A stretch of DNA of 64,000 nucleotides, taken from positions 172,424,001-172,488,000 of the forward strand of contig CM059425.1 of assembly GCA_030390025.1 (NCBI GenBank), written 5' to 3'. Within the stretch, counting starts at the first letter, position 1, and the number at the start of each line of letters is the position of its first letter. This document shows positions 11,399-24,090 of the stretch, piece after piece. The notes below the pieces were generated by a model. That model did not search any database. It had not been told where the DNA came from and was given only the letters and a program-made list of their open reading frames with translations. This stretch comes from Squalus acanthias (taxonomy: Eukaryota). A program made the translations under genes and the position numbers.

Positions 11399-13937
11399 AT
11401 TCGTTCATGGGATGAGGGCGTCGCTGACAAGGCCAGCATTTATTGCCCATCCCTAGTTACCGTTCAAAAGGTGGTGGTGAGCCGCCGTCTTGAACCGCTG
11501 CAGTCCGTGTGGTGAAAGTACTCCCACAGTGCTGTTAGGGAGGGAGTTCCAGGATTTTGACCCAGCGACGATGAAGCAACGGCGATATACTTCCAAGTCA
11601 GGATGGTGTGTGACTTGGAGGTGGTGGTGTTCCCATGCGCCTGCTGCACTTGTCCTTCTAGGTGCAAGAGGTCGCGGGTTTGGGAGGTGCTGCCAAAGAA
11701 ACCTTCGCGAGTTGCTGCTCTTGTAGATGGTACACACTGCAGCCACGGTACGCCGGTGGTGGAGGGAGTGAATGTTTAAGGTGGTGGATGGGGTGCCAAT
11801 CAAGTGGGCTGCTTTGTCCTGGATGGTGTCGAGCTTCTTGAGTGTTGTTGGAGCTGCACTCATCCAGGCAAGTGGAGAGTATTCCATCACACTCCTGACT
11901 TGTGCCTTGTAGATGGTGGAAAGGCTTTGGGGAGTCAGGAGGTGAGACACTCGCCGCAGAATACCTAGCCTCTGACCTGCTCTTGTAGCCACAGTATTGA
12001 TGTGGCTGGTCCAGTTAAGTTTCTGGATATCCCCCAGGATATTGATGATGGGAAATTTGGCGATGGTAATGCCGTTGAATGTCAAGGGGAGGCGTTTAGA
12101 CACTCGCTTGTTGGAGATAGTCATTGCCTGGCACTTGTGTGGCACGAATGTTACCTGCCACTTATCAGCCCAAGCCTGAATGTCGTCCAGGTCTTGCTGC
12201 ATGCGGACATGAACTGCTTCATTATCTGAGGAGTTGCGAATGGCACTGAACACTGTGCAGTCATCAGCGAACATCCCCACTTCTGACCTTATGATAGAGT
12301 CAAGGTCCTTGATGAAGCAGCTGAAGATGGTTGGGCCTAGGACACTGCCCTGAGGAACTCCTGCAGTGATGTCCTGGGGCTGTGATGCTTGACCTCCAAC
12401 CACCATCCTTTGTGCTAGGTATGACTCCAGTCAGTGGAGAGTTTTCCCCCCCCGATTCCCATTGACTTCAGTTTTACTAGGGCTCCTTGATGCCACACTC
12501 GGTCAAATGCTGCCTTGATGTCAAGGGCAGTCACTCTCACCAAACCTCTGGAATTCAGCTCTTTTGTCCGTGTTTGAACCAAGGCTGTAATGAAGTCTGG
12601 AGCCAAGTGGTCCTGGCGGAACCCAAACTGGGCATCAGTGAGCAGGTTATTGGTGAGTAAGTGCTGCTTGATAGTACTGTCGATGACACCTTCCATCACT
12701 TTGTTGATGATTGAGAGTAGACTGATGGGGCGGTAATTGGCTGGGTTGGATTTGTCCTGCTTTTTGTGGACAGGTCATACCTGGGCAGTTTTCCACATTG
12801 TCGGATAGATGCCAATGTTGTAGCTGTACTGGAACAGCTTGGCTAGAGGCACGGCTAGTTCTGGAGCACAAGTCTTCAGCATGACAGCCGGGATGTTGTC
12901 GGGGCCCACAGCCTTTGCTGTATCCAGTGCACTCATCCATTTCTTGATATCATGTGGAGTGAATCGAATTGGCTGAAGACTAGCTTCTGTGATGGTGGGG
13001 ACCTCAGGAGGAGGCGGATATGGATCATCCACTCGGCACTTCTGGCTGAAGATGGTTGCAAACGCTTCAGCCTTGTCTTTTGCACTCGCGTGCTGAGCTC
13101 CACCATCATTGAGGATGGGGATATTCTTGGAGCCTCCTCCTCCCGTTAATTGTTTAATGGTCCACCACCATTCACGACTGGATGTGGCAGGACTGCAGTG
13201 CTTTGATCTGATCCGTTGATTGTGGGATCGCTTAGCCCTGTCTATAGCATGCTGCTTCCACTTTTTAACATGCATGTAGTCCTGTGTTGCAGCTTCCCCA
13301 GGTTGGCACTGCATTTTTAGGTAAGCCTGGTGCTGCTCCTGGCATGTTCTACACTCCTTATTGAACCATTGTTGGTCCACTGACTTGATGGTAATGGTAG
13401 AGTGAGGGATATGCCAGGCCATGAGGTTACAGATTGTGGTGGAATACAATTCTGCTGCTGCTGTAGCCCACAGCGCCTCATGGATGCCCAGTTTTGAGCT
13501 GCTAGATCTGTTCTGAATCCCATTTAGCACAGTGGTAATGCCACACAACACAATGGAGGGTAGATTGATGAGGACGAGGTCAAGTAGGTTTTTCCTTCGT
13601 TGGTTCTCTCACCACCTTTCGCAGGCCCCAGACTACCGAACCACTCTTGGTGATGGAGATTGAAGTCCCCCATTCTGTGCCCTTGCGACTCTCAGTGCTT
13701 CTTCCATGTGGTGTTCAACATGGAGGAGTACTGATTCATCAGCTGAGGGAGGGCAGTAGGTGGTAATCAGCACTTTATTCCTTGCCCATGCTTGACCTGA
13801 AGCCATGAGACTTCAATGTTGAGGACTCCCAGGGCCACTCCTTCCCGACTGTATACCACTGTGCCGCCACCTCTGGTGGGTCTGTCCTGCCGGTGGGACA
13901 GGACATACCCAGGGATGGTGATGGATGGTGTGCCATT
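11399..13937 (-). mobile_element. CR1/L2-group LINE (EN+RT, frameshifted)
   Basis: ORF fragments GVPQGSVLGP, FADD, LDIKAAFDRVWH and AVGPDNIP. The 3' end is shared with the copy at 48753-49849. Confidence 0.9.
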
Positions 13938-13944
13938 GTCGTGT

Positions 13945-14296
13945 CAGTAGCCGGTGCCGAGGTCTAGTAATCCAAAGGCCTGGACTAATGATCTGGAGAT
14001 GTGAGTTCAAATCCCACCACGGCAGCTGAGGAATTTAAATTCAGTTAATTAAATAAAATAAATCTGGAATAAAAAGCTAGTATCAGTAATAGTGACCATG
14101 AAACTATCGGATTGTTGTAAAAACCCATCTGGTTCACTAATGTCCTTTAGGGAAGGAAATCTGCCGTCCTTACCTGGAAGGCCTATATGTGACTCCAGAC
14201 CCACAGTGGTTGCCCTCTGAAATGGCCTAAAAAACCACTACAAAAAACAAGAATTAAAAAACTGGACGGACCACCCGGCATCGACCTCGGCACTGG
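13945..14296 (+). mobile_element. tRNA-derived SINE-like segment abutting the LINE 5' end in opposite orientation
   Basis: Pol III B-box-like GTTCAAATCC at 14005-14014, followed by a SINE-like body (CTGGTTCACTAATGTCCTTTAGGGAAGGAAATCTGCC). Confidence 0.65.
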
Positions 14297-14339
14297 GTGG
14301 TCCGTCCAGTTTTTTTATTCTTGATTTTTAGGCCATTGA

Positions 14340-14785
14340 CATCGCTTCTGTCATCTCTACTTCACCTGCCATCTATTCCATCAGTATGGGTACACTTTAT
14401 ACTCTCTCACCTTGGTCCTCAGAATCTGACCACAATCAGCCCCAACACCAGGCGCACCAACAACCACACCAACGTTCTCCGCAATCACCTGATGCTGCAC
14501 AGGGCATCAGCACCCAACCACATTGCTGCCTGGGACTCCATGGATGACCTCACCATGGCCACATATACTTCACTTGACGCTGCACACCCTGGCTGCCACA
14601 TGATGCGCCAGGTTGGCACCACCAGACCAGTTTCTTTCAATTGTCCAGGAAACTCGCTGGGCGGGCTTAACAAGCCCAATCAGGGGAAAGTCATGTCGGA
14701 GGCCGGGATGGAGACAGGAGCGAGGCCGGGACCCGCCACCAACGTCACCTACCATGGACCCGCCGAAGTAAGGAAAATCGCGGCC
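14340..14785. mobile_element. Remnant end of a DNA transposon (Harbinger-like terminus)
   Basis: GC/CpG-rich block ending GGAAAATCGCGGCC followed by TTA; no partner TIR seen. Confidence 0.35.
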
Positions 14786-15539
14786 TTAGTAACATGTCTG
14801 CTGCTTACCCTAACTATCCTGTAACTGCTCACATGGTTCTGCTTTTCTGCCTTCAATTGGGCACTAGTCACACAGGAATGAAAAGATTAGCTGGCCTTCG
14901 CCTATTTTAAATTATATTGTGTTCTCACATACACCAGGTACTCTATTATTTCAAGCTATTATTTCAATATGGTATCTCTTTGAGATGACAGCTTTACTCA
15001 TTTTTTCCCTTAAGGGATATCATATTTATCACCAATGGCTGCAGCAAGAGTACTCTTCTAATCCTAGTGGATTAACATGCTGTACAGTGTCTCCATTTAC
15101 CTTGGTGCGTTTACTTGATATCGAATTTCTTTTGCATTTCCTTGATGCTTCTCTTGGTTTCAGATACAGTATCGTTCCTCCCATGCATGGTGGCAGTGGG
15201 CTTTAGTTGTTGTTTAAGTTGCTATCACAGATATTTGCTGCTAATGAGCCAGCATTACAGCTACAAACACAGATCGTGCATTCCTGGAACAGACACTAGT
15301 CACAATTTTTGTCCCTCCATGCTGTATAGCTGTTTCAGTGATCACAGCTGTCTTTATCACATGTATTAGGGCTGTTAGCAGCTCATGCAGATTGGTGTTT
15401 TTTTACGGAGTGATTATTTGCAAGGTCTTCTGCATCCTTCTGCGCATGCGCACTGTATGGGGGTGGAGCCTAAACACCGTCCAGCCCCCACCCGAACCGT
15501 GCATGCGCCTAGCCTAGGACAGGCTAGGGTGTGTGGCCC

Positions 15540-18405
15540 AAATAAGCGTTCTTTACACAAATGCACAGAGTATAAGGAATAAATTGAATGAACTGCAGGC
15601 GCAAATTCAAATTGGAGGGTACGACATGGTAGCCATTACTGAGACATGGCTGCAAGACAGTCAGAACTGGGAACTAAATATACCAGGTTATAAGGTCTAC
15701 AGGAAAGATCGGGAAAATGGCAGAGTGGGAGGAGTAGCCTTCGTGATTGAGGTTGAAATCACTTCATTGATAAGAGAGGATATAATGAGAGGTAAGCAGG
15801 CAGTGGAGACTTTATGGGTAGAATTAAGAAATAGCAAAGGATTTAAGACTGTAGTGGGAGTTGTGTATTGGCTCCCTGGGTAGCAGCTGTGAAGTGCTAG
15901 ATTGTATAAATGCAGAGATTAGACAAAGCGTGTAGCAAAGGCAGCGTGTTTTTAATTGGGGGATTTTAACTTTCATATAGATTGGGATAAGCAGACTAGC
16001 ACCTGTCAGAAAGGTAGTGAATTTCTTGAGTGTGTCGGGATAATTTTCTACAACAATATGTCCTAGAGGCAACAAGGGGAAATGCCATATTAGATTTAAT
16101 AATGAGTAATGAGCCAGATTTAGTTAACAGTCTAACAGTGCGTGACCATTTATCTAATAGCGATCATAACATGATCGAGTTCAACATAGCGTTTGAAAGG
16201 GAGAAATGCGAAACAGCTACTAAGATTCTAGATTTGGGTAAGGCCGTTCAAAGGGATGAGACAGAGACTGTCCACAGTAAACTGGGCAAATGTGTTAATG
16301 GGTAAAACAACAGAAGATCAGTGGGAGATGTTCAGAAAAGAATTTAAGGTGATACAGAACCAGTTTATACCCGAGGGGCAAGAGCTCCACTTGCCAAAAA
16401 AAAAGCCATGGATGACTAAAAAGTTAAGGGACAGCATAAAACTAAAAGAAAAAGCATACAAAAATGCAAAAATAGCACAGATCCAGGTGAATGGGAAAGA
16501 TACAAAGAACAGCAAAGGGTCACAAAACAGATAGTAAGAGCTACAAAAAGGGAGTGTGAAAGGAAACTTGCAAGGGATATCAAAATCAACACACAGAATT
16601 TTTTTACAATTATATTAGGAAAACGAGGGTAGTCAGGAGCAATGTTGGCCCCTTAAAAACTGAAAGCGGTGATATTGTCAATGATAAGGAAATGGCGGAC
16701 ATGTTGAATAATTACTTTGCGTCAGTATTTACAGTAGAGGAAGAGGATAGCATGCCGGAAATCCCAAGGAAACTAAATCAGGGACAGGGACTCAATAAAA
16801 TTAATGCAAGTAAAATAACAGTAATGAAGAAAATAATGGCACTAAAGAGTGACAAATCCCCAGGACCAGATGGTTTCCATCCCAGAGTTTTAAAGGAAGT
16901 AGGTGAGCACATTGCAGATGCCCTAACTATAATCTTCCAAAGTTCTCTAGATTCAGGAACCATTTCTTTCGATTGGAAAATTGCGCATGTCACTCCGCTA
17001 TTTAGGAATGGCGAGAGAGGGAAACCAGGGAATTATAGACCAGTTAGCCTCACACCTGTTGTCGGGAAATTGCTAGAGTCTATAATTAAGAATAGGGTGA
17101 GCGAACACCTCGAAAATTTTCAGTAGATCAGAGAGCCAGCATGGATTTATGAAGGGTAGGTCATGCCTGACAAACCTGATTAAATTTTTTGAAGAGGTAA
17201 CTGAAGTAGTGGACGGGGGAATGTCTATGGATGTTATTTATATGGACTTCCAGAAGGCATTTGATAAAGTCCCACATAAGAGACTGTTAACTAAGGTAGA
17301 AGCCCACGAAATTGATGGCAAATTATTGACCTGGTTAGGAAATTGGTTGAGCGGCAAGAGACAGGTAGTAGGGATAATGGGTAGGTACTCAAATTGGCAG
17401 GAGGTGACGAGTGGGGTCCTGCAGGGATCTGTGTTGGGGCCTCAACTATTCACCGTATTTATTAATGACTTAGATGATGGCATAGAAAGTCATATATCCA
17501 AATTTGCCGATGACACAAAGATAGGTGGAATTGTAGGCAGTGTAGATGGAAGCACGAAATTACAAAGGGATATTGACAGATTAAGTGAATGAGCAAAACT
17601 GTGGCAAATGGATTTCAATGTAGGCAAATGTGAGGTCATCCACTTTGGACCTTAAAAGGATAGAACAGGGTACTTTCTAAATGGTGAAAGGCTAAAACAG
17701 TGGATGTCCAAAGAGACTTGGGGGTCCAGGTACATAGATCATTAAAATGTCATGAACAGGTACAGAAAATAATCAAAAAGGCTAATGGAATGCTGGCCTT
17801 TATATCTAGAGGACTAGAATACAAGGGGGTAGAAGTTATGCAGCAGCTATACAAAACCCTGGTTAGACCACACCTGGAGTACTGTGAGCAGTTCTGGGCA
17901 CCACACCTTAGGAAGGATATATTGGCCTTGGAGGGAGTGCAGCATAGGTTTACCAGAATGATACCTGGACTTCAAGGGTTAAGTTATGAGGAGAGATTAC
18001 ACAAATTAGGGTTGTATTCCGTGGAATTTAGAAGGTTAAGTTGTGATCTGATCGAAGTTTTCAAGATATTAAGGGAAACAGATAGGGTAGATAGAGAGGA
18101 ACTATTTCCGCTGGTTGGGGATTCTAGGACTAGGGGGCATAGTCTAAAAATTAGAGCCAGACCTTTCAGGAGTGAAATTTGGAAACACTCCTACATACAA
18201 AGAGTAGTAGAAGTTTGGAACTCTCTTCCGCAAACAGCAATTGATGCTAAATCAATTGTTAATTTTAAATTGGAGATTGATAGCATTTTGTTAACCAAAG
18301 GTATTAAGGGATATGGGCCAAAGGCGGGTATATGGAAATAATGAGCAGATCAGCCATGGAGCAGGCTCGAGGGGCTGGATGGTCCACTCCTGTTCCTATG
18401 TTCCT
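15540..18405 (+). mobile_element. CR1 (HER1-like) LINE, nearly complete ORF2 with frameshifts and stops
   Basis: EN motif YTNAQSIRNK...AITETWL; RT motifs KSPGPDG, YRPVSLT, DFQKAFDKV, QGSVLGP, FADD; 3' tail GCAGGCTCGAGGGGCTG...CTCCTGTTCCTATG. Confidence 0.95.
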
Positions 18406-18409
18406 CCTT

Positions 18410-20420
18410 GTGGAGGTCAGGGGATCGGGGTGGGGGGAGAGGAGAGGGGTTCGGAGGTGACAGGACAGAGCGGAGCGAGGAGGGGAGAGGAGCTCAGAGT
18501 GGGGAAAGGAGAGATGATCGTGGGGTGGGGTGGGGGAGAGGAGAGGGGATCGGAGGGGGGAGAGGAGAGGGGATCGGAGGGGGGAGAGGAGAGGAGCTCG
18601 GTGGGGGGAGAAGATAGGAGCTTGGAGGGGGGAGCCGAGGTGATCGGAGGGGGGGAGAGGAAAGGGGATCGGAGGGAGGGAGAGGAGAGGGGATCAGAGG
18701 GGGAATAAAATAAAAGCTTGGAGCGGGGAGCGGAGAGGAGCTCGGGGGGAGGGGCGAGGAGCTCGGGGGAGGGGAGAGGAGCTCGGGGGAGGGGAGAGGA
18801 GCTCGGGGGGGAGAGGAGCTCGGGGGAAGGGAGAGGAGCTATGGGGGAGGGGAGAGGAGCTCGGGGGGGGGGAGAGGAGAGGAGCTCGGGGGGGGGGAGA
18901 GAGAGGAGCTCGGGGGGGGGAGAGGAGAGGAGCTCGGGGGGGGGAGAGGAGAGGAGCTCGGGGGGGGGAGAGGAGAGGAGCTCGGGGGGGGGAGAGGAGA
19001 GGAGCTCGGGGGGGGGAGAGGAGAGGAGCTCGGGGGGGGGGAGAGAGAGGAGCTCGGGGGGGGGGAGAGGAGAGGAGCTCGGGGGGGGGAGAGGAGAGGA
19101 GCTCGGGGGGGGGGGAGAGGAGAGGAGCTCGGGGGGGGGGAGAGGAGAGGAGCTCGGGGGGGGGAGAGAGGAGCTCGGGGGGGGAGAGAGGAGCTCGGGG
19201 GGGGGGGGGAGAGGAGCTCGGGGGGGGGAGAGAGGAGCTCGGGGGGGGGAGAGAGGAGCTCGGGGGGGAAGAGAGGAGCTCGGGGGGGGGGAGAGAGGAG
19301 CTCGGGGGGGGGAGAGAGGAGCTCGGGGGGGGGGGAGAGAGGAGCTCGGGGGGGGGAGAGAGGAGCTGCGGGGGGGGGGAAGAGAAGGAGCTGGGGGGGG
19401 GAAGAGAGGGAGCTGGGGGGGGAAGAGAGGAGCTCGGGGGGGGAGAAGGAGCTGCGGGGGGGGAGAGAGGAGCTGGGTGGGGGGGAAGAGAGGAGCTCGG
19501 GGGGGGGAAGAGAGGAGCTCGGGGGGGGGGAAGAGAGGAGCTCGGGGGGGGGAGAGAGACTCGGGGGTGGGGAGAGGAGCTCGGGGGGGGGGGAGAGGAG
19601 CTCGGGGGGGGGGGGAGAGGAGCTCGGGGGGGGAGAGAGGAGCTCGGGGGGAGACAGGAGCTCGGGGGGGAGAGAGGAGCTCGGGGGGGGAGAAGGAGCT
19701 CGGGGGGGGAGGAGGAGCTCGGGGGGGGGGGGGGCTGAGAGGGAGCTCGGGGGGGGGGGGAGAGGAGCTCGGGGGGAGAGGAGCTCGGGGGGGGGAGAGG
19801 AGCTCGGGGGGGAGGAGAGGAGCTCGGGGGGGCGGAGAGGAGCTCGGGGGGGGCGGAGAGGAGCTCGGGGGGCGGAGAGGAGCTCGGGGGGAGGAGAGGA
19901 GCTCGGGGGGGGGAGAGAGGAGCTCGGGGGAGAGAGGAGCTCGGGTGGGGAGGAGAGGAGTTCGGGGGGGGCAGAGGAGCTCGGGGGGGAGGAGAGGAGC
20001 TCGGGGGGGAGGAGAGGAGCTCGGGGGGAGAGAGGAGCTCGGGGGGAGAGAGGAGCTCGGGGGGAGAGAGGAGCTCGGGGGAGAGGAGCTCGGGGGGAGA
20101 GGAGCTCGGGGGGGAGGAGAGGAGCTCGGGGGGAGAGAGGAGCTCGGGGGAGAGGAGCTCGGGGGGGAGGAGAGGAGCTCGGGGAGAGGAGAGGAGCTCG
20201 GGGGAGAGGAGCTCGGGTGGGGAGGAGAGGAGAGGAGCTCGGGGAGGAGAGAGGAGAGGAGCTCGGGTGGGGAAGAGGATAGGCGATCAGAGGGATGAGA
20301 GGAGCGGGGCTGGGGGAGAGGAGGGGAGCTCGGATGGGGCAGAGAAGGTCAGGAGCTCGGGGGGGAAGGTCAGTAACTCTGGCGGGCGGAGGTCAGGAAC
20401 TCGAGAGGAGGGTGGGGTTA
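18410..20420 (+). repeat. G-rich purine minisatellite, unit approx. (GA)GAGGAGCTC(G)n
   Basis: Dozens of units, each containing GAGCTC followed by a variable-length G run; near-total purine bias on the + strand. Confidence 0.95.
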
Positions 20421-20563
20421 GAGCACAGAGAGAACTGTGGGGATAGGGGAAGAACGTGATCCAGATCTAAAAGGGGGGTTGATGAGAGCGAGATCGTGAT
20501 CCAGGTGGGAAGATAGATCACGTTCTCCCCCTTCTGTTAGACATGGATCATGTTCTTCCAACC

Positions 20564-20665
20564 GGATGAATTAGTGAATCCCTTCCCATACACGGAGCAG
20601 GTGAACAGCCACTTCCCAATGTGAACTCGCTGGTGTGTCAGAAGGTTGGATGCACACGTGAACCC
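20564..20665 (-). pseudogene. Orphan degenerate C2H2 zinc-finger fragment
   Basis: Minus strand translates [34 protein letters not shown], a decayed HxxxHTGE(K/R)PF-C-x2-C-GKGF finger-linker-finger. Confidence 0.75.
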
Positions 20666-20669
20666 CCCC

Positions 20670-20704
<35 letters not shown>
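20663..20704. repeat. poly-C + (CA)n microsatellite
   Basis: Direct reading. Confidence 0.95.
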
Positions 20705-20706
<2 letters not shown>

Positions 20707-23640
20707 ATTGGTTTATTGACAGGCAAATACTTACTTGCTTCCTGCTATAGTAGCACCACCTAAGATCCGGAGGCCATTGAGAATTTGCACTTCTTGTTTT
20801 CCATTTCCTATTTTAATGAGGATTTATTAAAGTTGTAGTCTTAACCTTGGTCCCTTCATTCTGAATTAAAGAATTTTTATCACTTCCAGAAGAAAAACAA
20901 ACATAAAACTCCAAAGCAGTAACTAACCCACTAATTAGAGTATAAAGTATTTTATTTTACCAGCCAAGGGCAACTATAATTACAATTGCATTAGATAACA
21001 GTGGATCTTCACAAAGCTAACTATAACTCCACTCTGTAGGTTGCCTGACAAGACTGCATCAAATTACAGATTGCAGGGTTGTCTACAGCAGGCAGGATCA
21101 AATTACACATTCCAGACAAACTGTTGGGTGCGTCTTGTCCTCCAAGGGGACCAATCAGAAATATGGTCCAACCCACTTCTCATAGTCATAGAGTCATAAC
21201 GGCACAGAGGGAGGCCATTCGGCCCATTGAGTCCATGCCGGCTCTCTCTAGAGCAATCCAGTCAGTCCCATTCCCCCGCTCTATCCCCGTAGCCCTGCAA
21301 GATTATTTCCCTCAAGTGCCTATCCAGTCTCCCCTTGAAAACATTGAGTGTCTCTGCTTCCACCACTTCTGTTGGCAGCGAATTCCAGGTCATCACCACT
21401 CGCTGCGTAAAAAAGTTTTTCCTCACATCCCCCCTGTATCTCTTGCCCAAAACCTTAAATCTGTGTCCCCTAGTCCTTGTACCATCAACTAGTGGGAACA
21501 GCCTTTCCCCGTCTAGCCTATCCAAACCCGTCATAATCTTGTACATCTCTATCAAATCACCCCTCAACCTCCTTTGTTCTAATGAAAACAAATCCAGCTT
21601 CTCCAACTTGTCCTTGTAGCTAAGATTCCCCCAACCCCGGAACCATTCTGGTAAATCTCCTCTGCACCCTCTCAAGTGCCTTCATATCCTTCCTAAAGTG
21701 TGGTGACCAGAACTGGATGCAATACTCCAGTTGTGGCCTAACCAGCGCTTTATAAAGGTTCAGCATAACTTCTCTACTTTTGTACTCAATACCTCTATTT
21801 ATGAAGCCCAAGATCCCATATGCATTGTTAACCACTCTCTCAATATGTCCAGCCACCTTCAGGGACCTATGCACATTAACTCCCAGGTCCCTCTGTCCCT
21901 GCACACTCTTTAAAACTGTGCCATTAAGTGTATATTGCCTCTCCCTGTTCCTTCTGTCCTTAAGCCAATTCCTTATCCAAGCTGCCACTGAGCCACCTAT
22001 TCCATTTTGTTAACCAGCCTTCTAGGTGGTACTTTGTCAAACACCTTCCTAAAATTCATGCAGACAACATCCATTGCATTCCCTTCATCAATCCTCCCTG
22101 TTATTTCATCAAAAAATGCAATTAGATTAGTCAGACACGATCTGCCTTTTACAAATCCGTGTTTGCTCTCCTTAATTAGCTTAGAGTTATACAGCCCAGA
22201 AAGAGGCCCTTCAGCCCATCGTGTCCGCACTGGCCATCAAGCCCTGTCTATTCTAATCCCATTTTCCAGCACTTGGTCCGTAGCCTTGTATGCTATGGCG
22301 TTTCAAGTGCTCATCTAAATGCTTCTTGAATGTTGTGAGGGTTCCTGCCTCTACCACCCTTTCAGGCAGTGAGTTCCAGATTCCAACCACCCTCTGGGTG
22401 AAAAAGTTTTTCCTCAAATCCCCTCTAAACCTCCTGCCCCTTACCTTGAAACTATGCCCCCTGGTTATTGAACCCTCTACTACCCTCTACTGAGGGGAAA
22501 AGTTCCTTTCTATCTACCCTATCTATGCACCTCATAATTTTGTACACCTCAATCAGGTCTCCCCTCAGCCTTCTCTGCTCTAAGAAACACAACCCCAGCC
22601 TGTCCAGTCTCTCTTCATAGCTGAAGCGCTCCAGCCCAGGTAACATCCTGGTGAATCTCCTCTGCACCCTCTCCAATGCAATCACGTCCCTCCTATAGTG
22701 TGGCGACCAGAACTGCACACAGTATTCCAGCTGTGGCCTAACTAGCGTTTTGTACAGCTCTATCATAACCTCCCTGCTCTTATATTCTATGCCTCGGCTA
22801 ATGAAGGCAAGTATCCCATATGCCTTTTTAACCACCTTATCTACCTGTCCTGCTGCCTTCAGGGATCTATGTACATGCACACCAAGGTCCCTCTGATCCT
22901 CTGTCCTTCCTAGGGTCCTACCAATAATTGTGTATTCCCTTGCCTTGTTAGTCCTCCCAAAATGCATCACCTCACACTTTTCAGGGTTAAATTCCATTTG
23001 CCACTGTTCTGCCTATCTAACCAATCCGTCTATATCGTCCTGTAGCCTGAGGCTTCCCTCCTCGCTATTTACCACTCCACCAATTTTCGTGTCATCTGCG
23101 AACTTACTGATCATACCTCCTACATTCATATCTAAATCATTAATGTACACTACAAACAGCAAAGGACCCAGCACCGATCCTGCGGTACACCACTGGACAC
23201 AGGCTTCCAGTCACAAAAACAACCTTCGACCATCACCCTCTGCCTCCTGCCACTAAGCCAATTTTGGATCCAATGTGCCAAATTGCCCTGGATCCCATGG
23301 GCTCTTACCTTCTTGACCAGTCTCCCATGTGGGACTTTGTCAAAAGCCTTACTGAAGTCCATGTAGACGACATCAACTGCACTACCCTCATCCACACACC
23401 TCGTCACCCCCTTGAAAAATTCAATCAAATTGGTAAGACATGATCTCCCCCTGACAAAGCCATGCTGACTATCCTTGATTAACCCTTGCCTCTCCAAGTG
23501 GAGACTAATTCTGTCCCTCAGAATTTTTTCCAATAATTTCCCTACCACTGATGTTAGGCTCACTGGCCTGTAATTCCCTGGTTTATCCCTACTACCCTTC
23601 TTGAATAATGGTACTACGTTAGCTGTTCTCCAGTCCTCCA

Positions 23641-24090
23641 GTCGTTGTTGGCTTGTTCACAGATGTGATTCCCAGTAAAAAAGTAAAAATTTTCCCAGTA
23701 AAAAAGTAAAAATTTTTAAAGCTTTTCGTTTTACATACAGACGGCAGCTTTTGACACGTTAGAACCCCTGCGACTACACCTCATTGTCTCAGTTGTATCT
23801 TGCTATGTCTTTGATGTGGTACCTTCCTGGCTGACTTGATTAACTTTATCACACCTCGGCAGATAGTCAGGATGATTTAATTTAGTGGTCTGCAATTGTA
23901 AGGTACACATGCTTTGTTCTCTATCTATATATGCTTTGTCGATTCTGTATCTAATTTACTTCACCTGAGGAAGGAGCAATCGACAGCTCCGAAAGCTTGT
24001 GATTTCAAATAAAACTGTTGGACTATAACCTGGTGTTGTGCGACCTCTCAATTTTGTCCACCCCAGTCCAACACCGGCATCTCCGCATCA
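23641..24090 (+). mobile_element. PLE family 1 3' fragment (pLTR + tail) nested in CR1 'B'
   Basis: Reverse-complement match to 8919-9300 plus tail TGTCCACCCCAGTCCAACACCGGCATCTCCGCATCAT. CR1 reading resumes on both sides. Confidence 0.9.
23961..24002 (+). ncRNA. Minimal hammerhead ribozyme motif in PLE pLTR
   Basis: TCAC-CTGAGGA-A-GGAGC-AATCGACA-GCTCC-GAAA-GCTT-GTGA. Confidence 0.78.

Noticed and set aside
18718..20298. 526-aa Gly/Arg/Glu-rich ORF
   Set aside because: Stop-free only because the G-rich minisatellite lacks TAA/TAG/TGA; non-ATG start and no domain.
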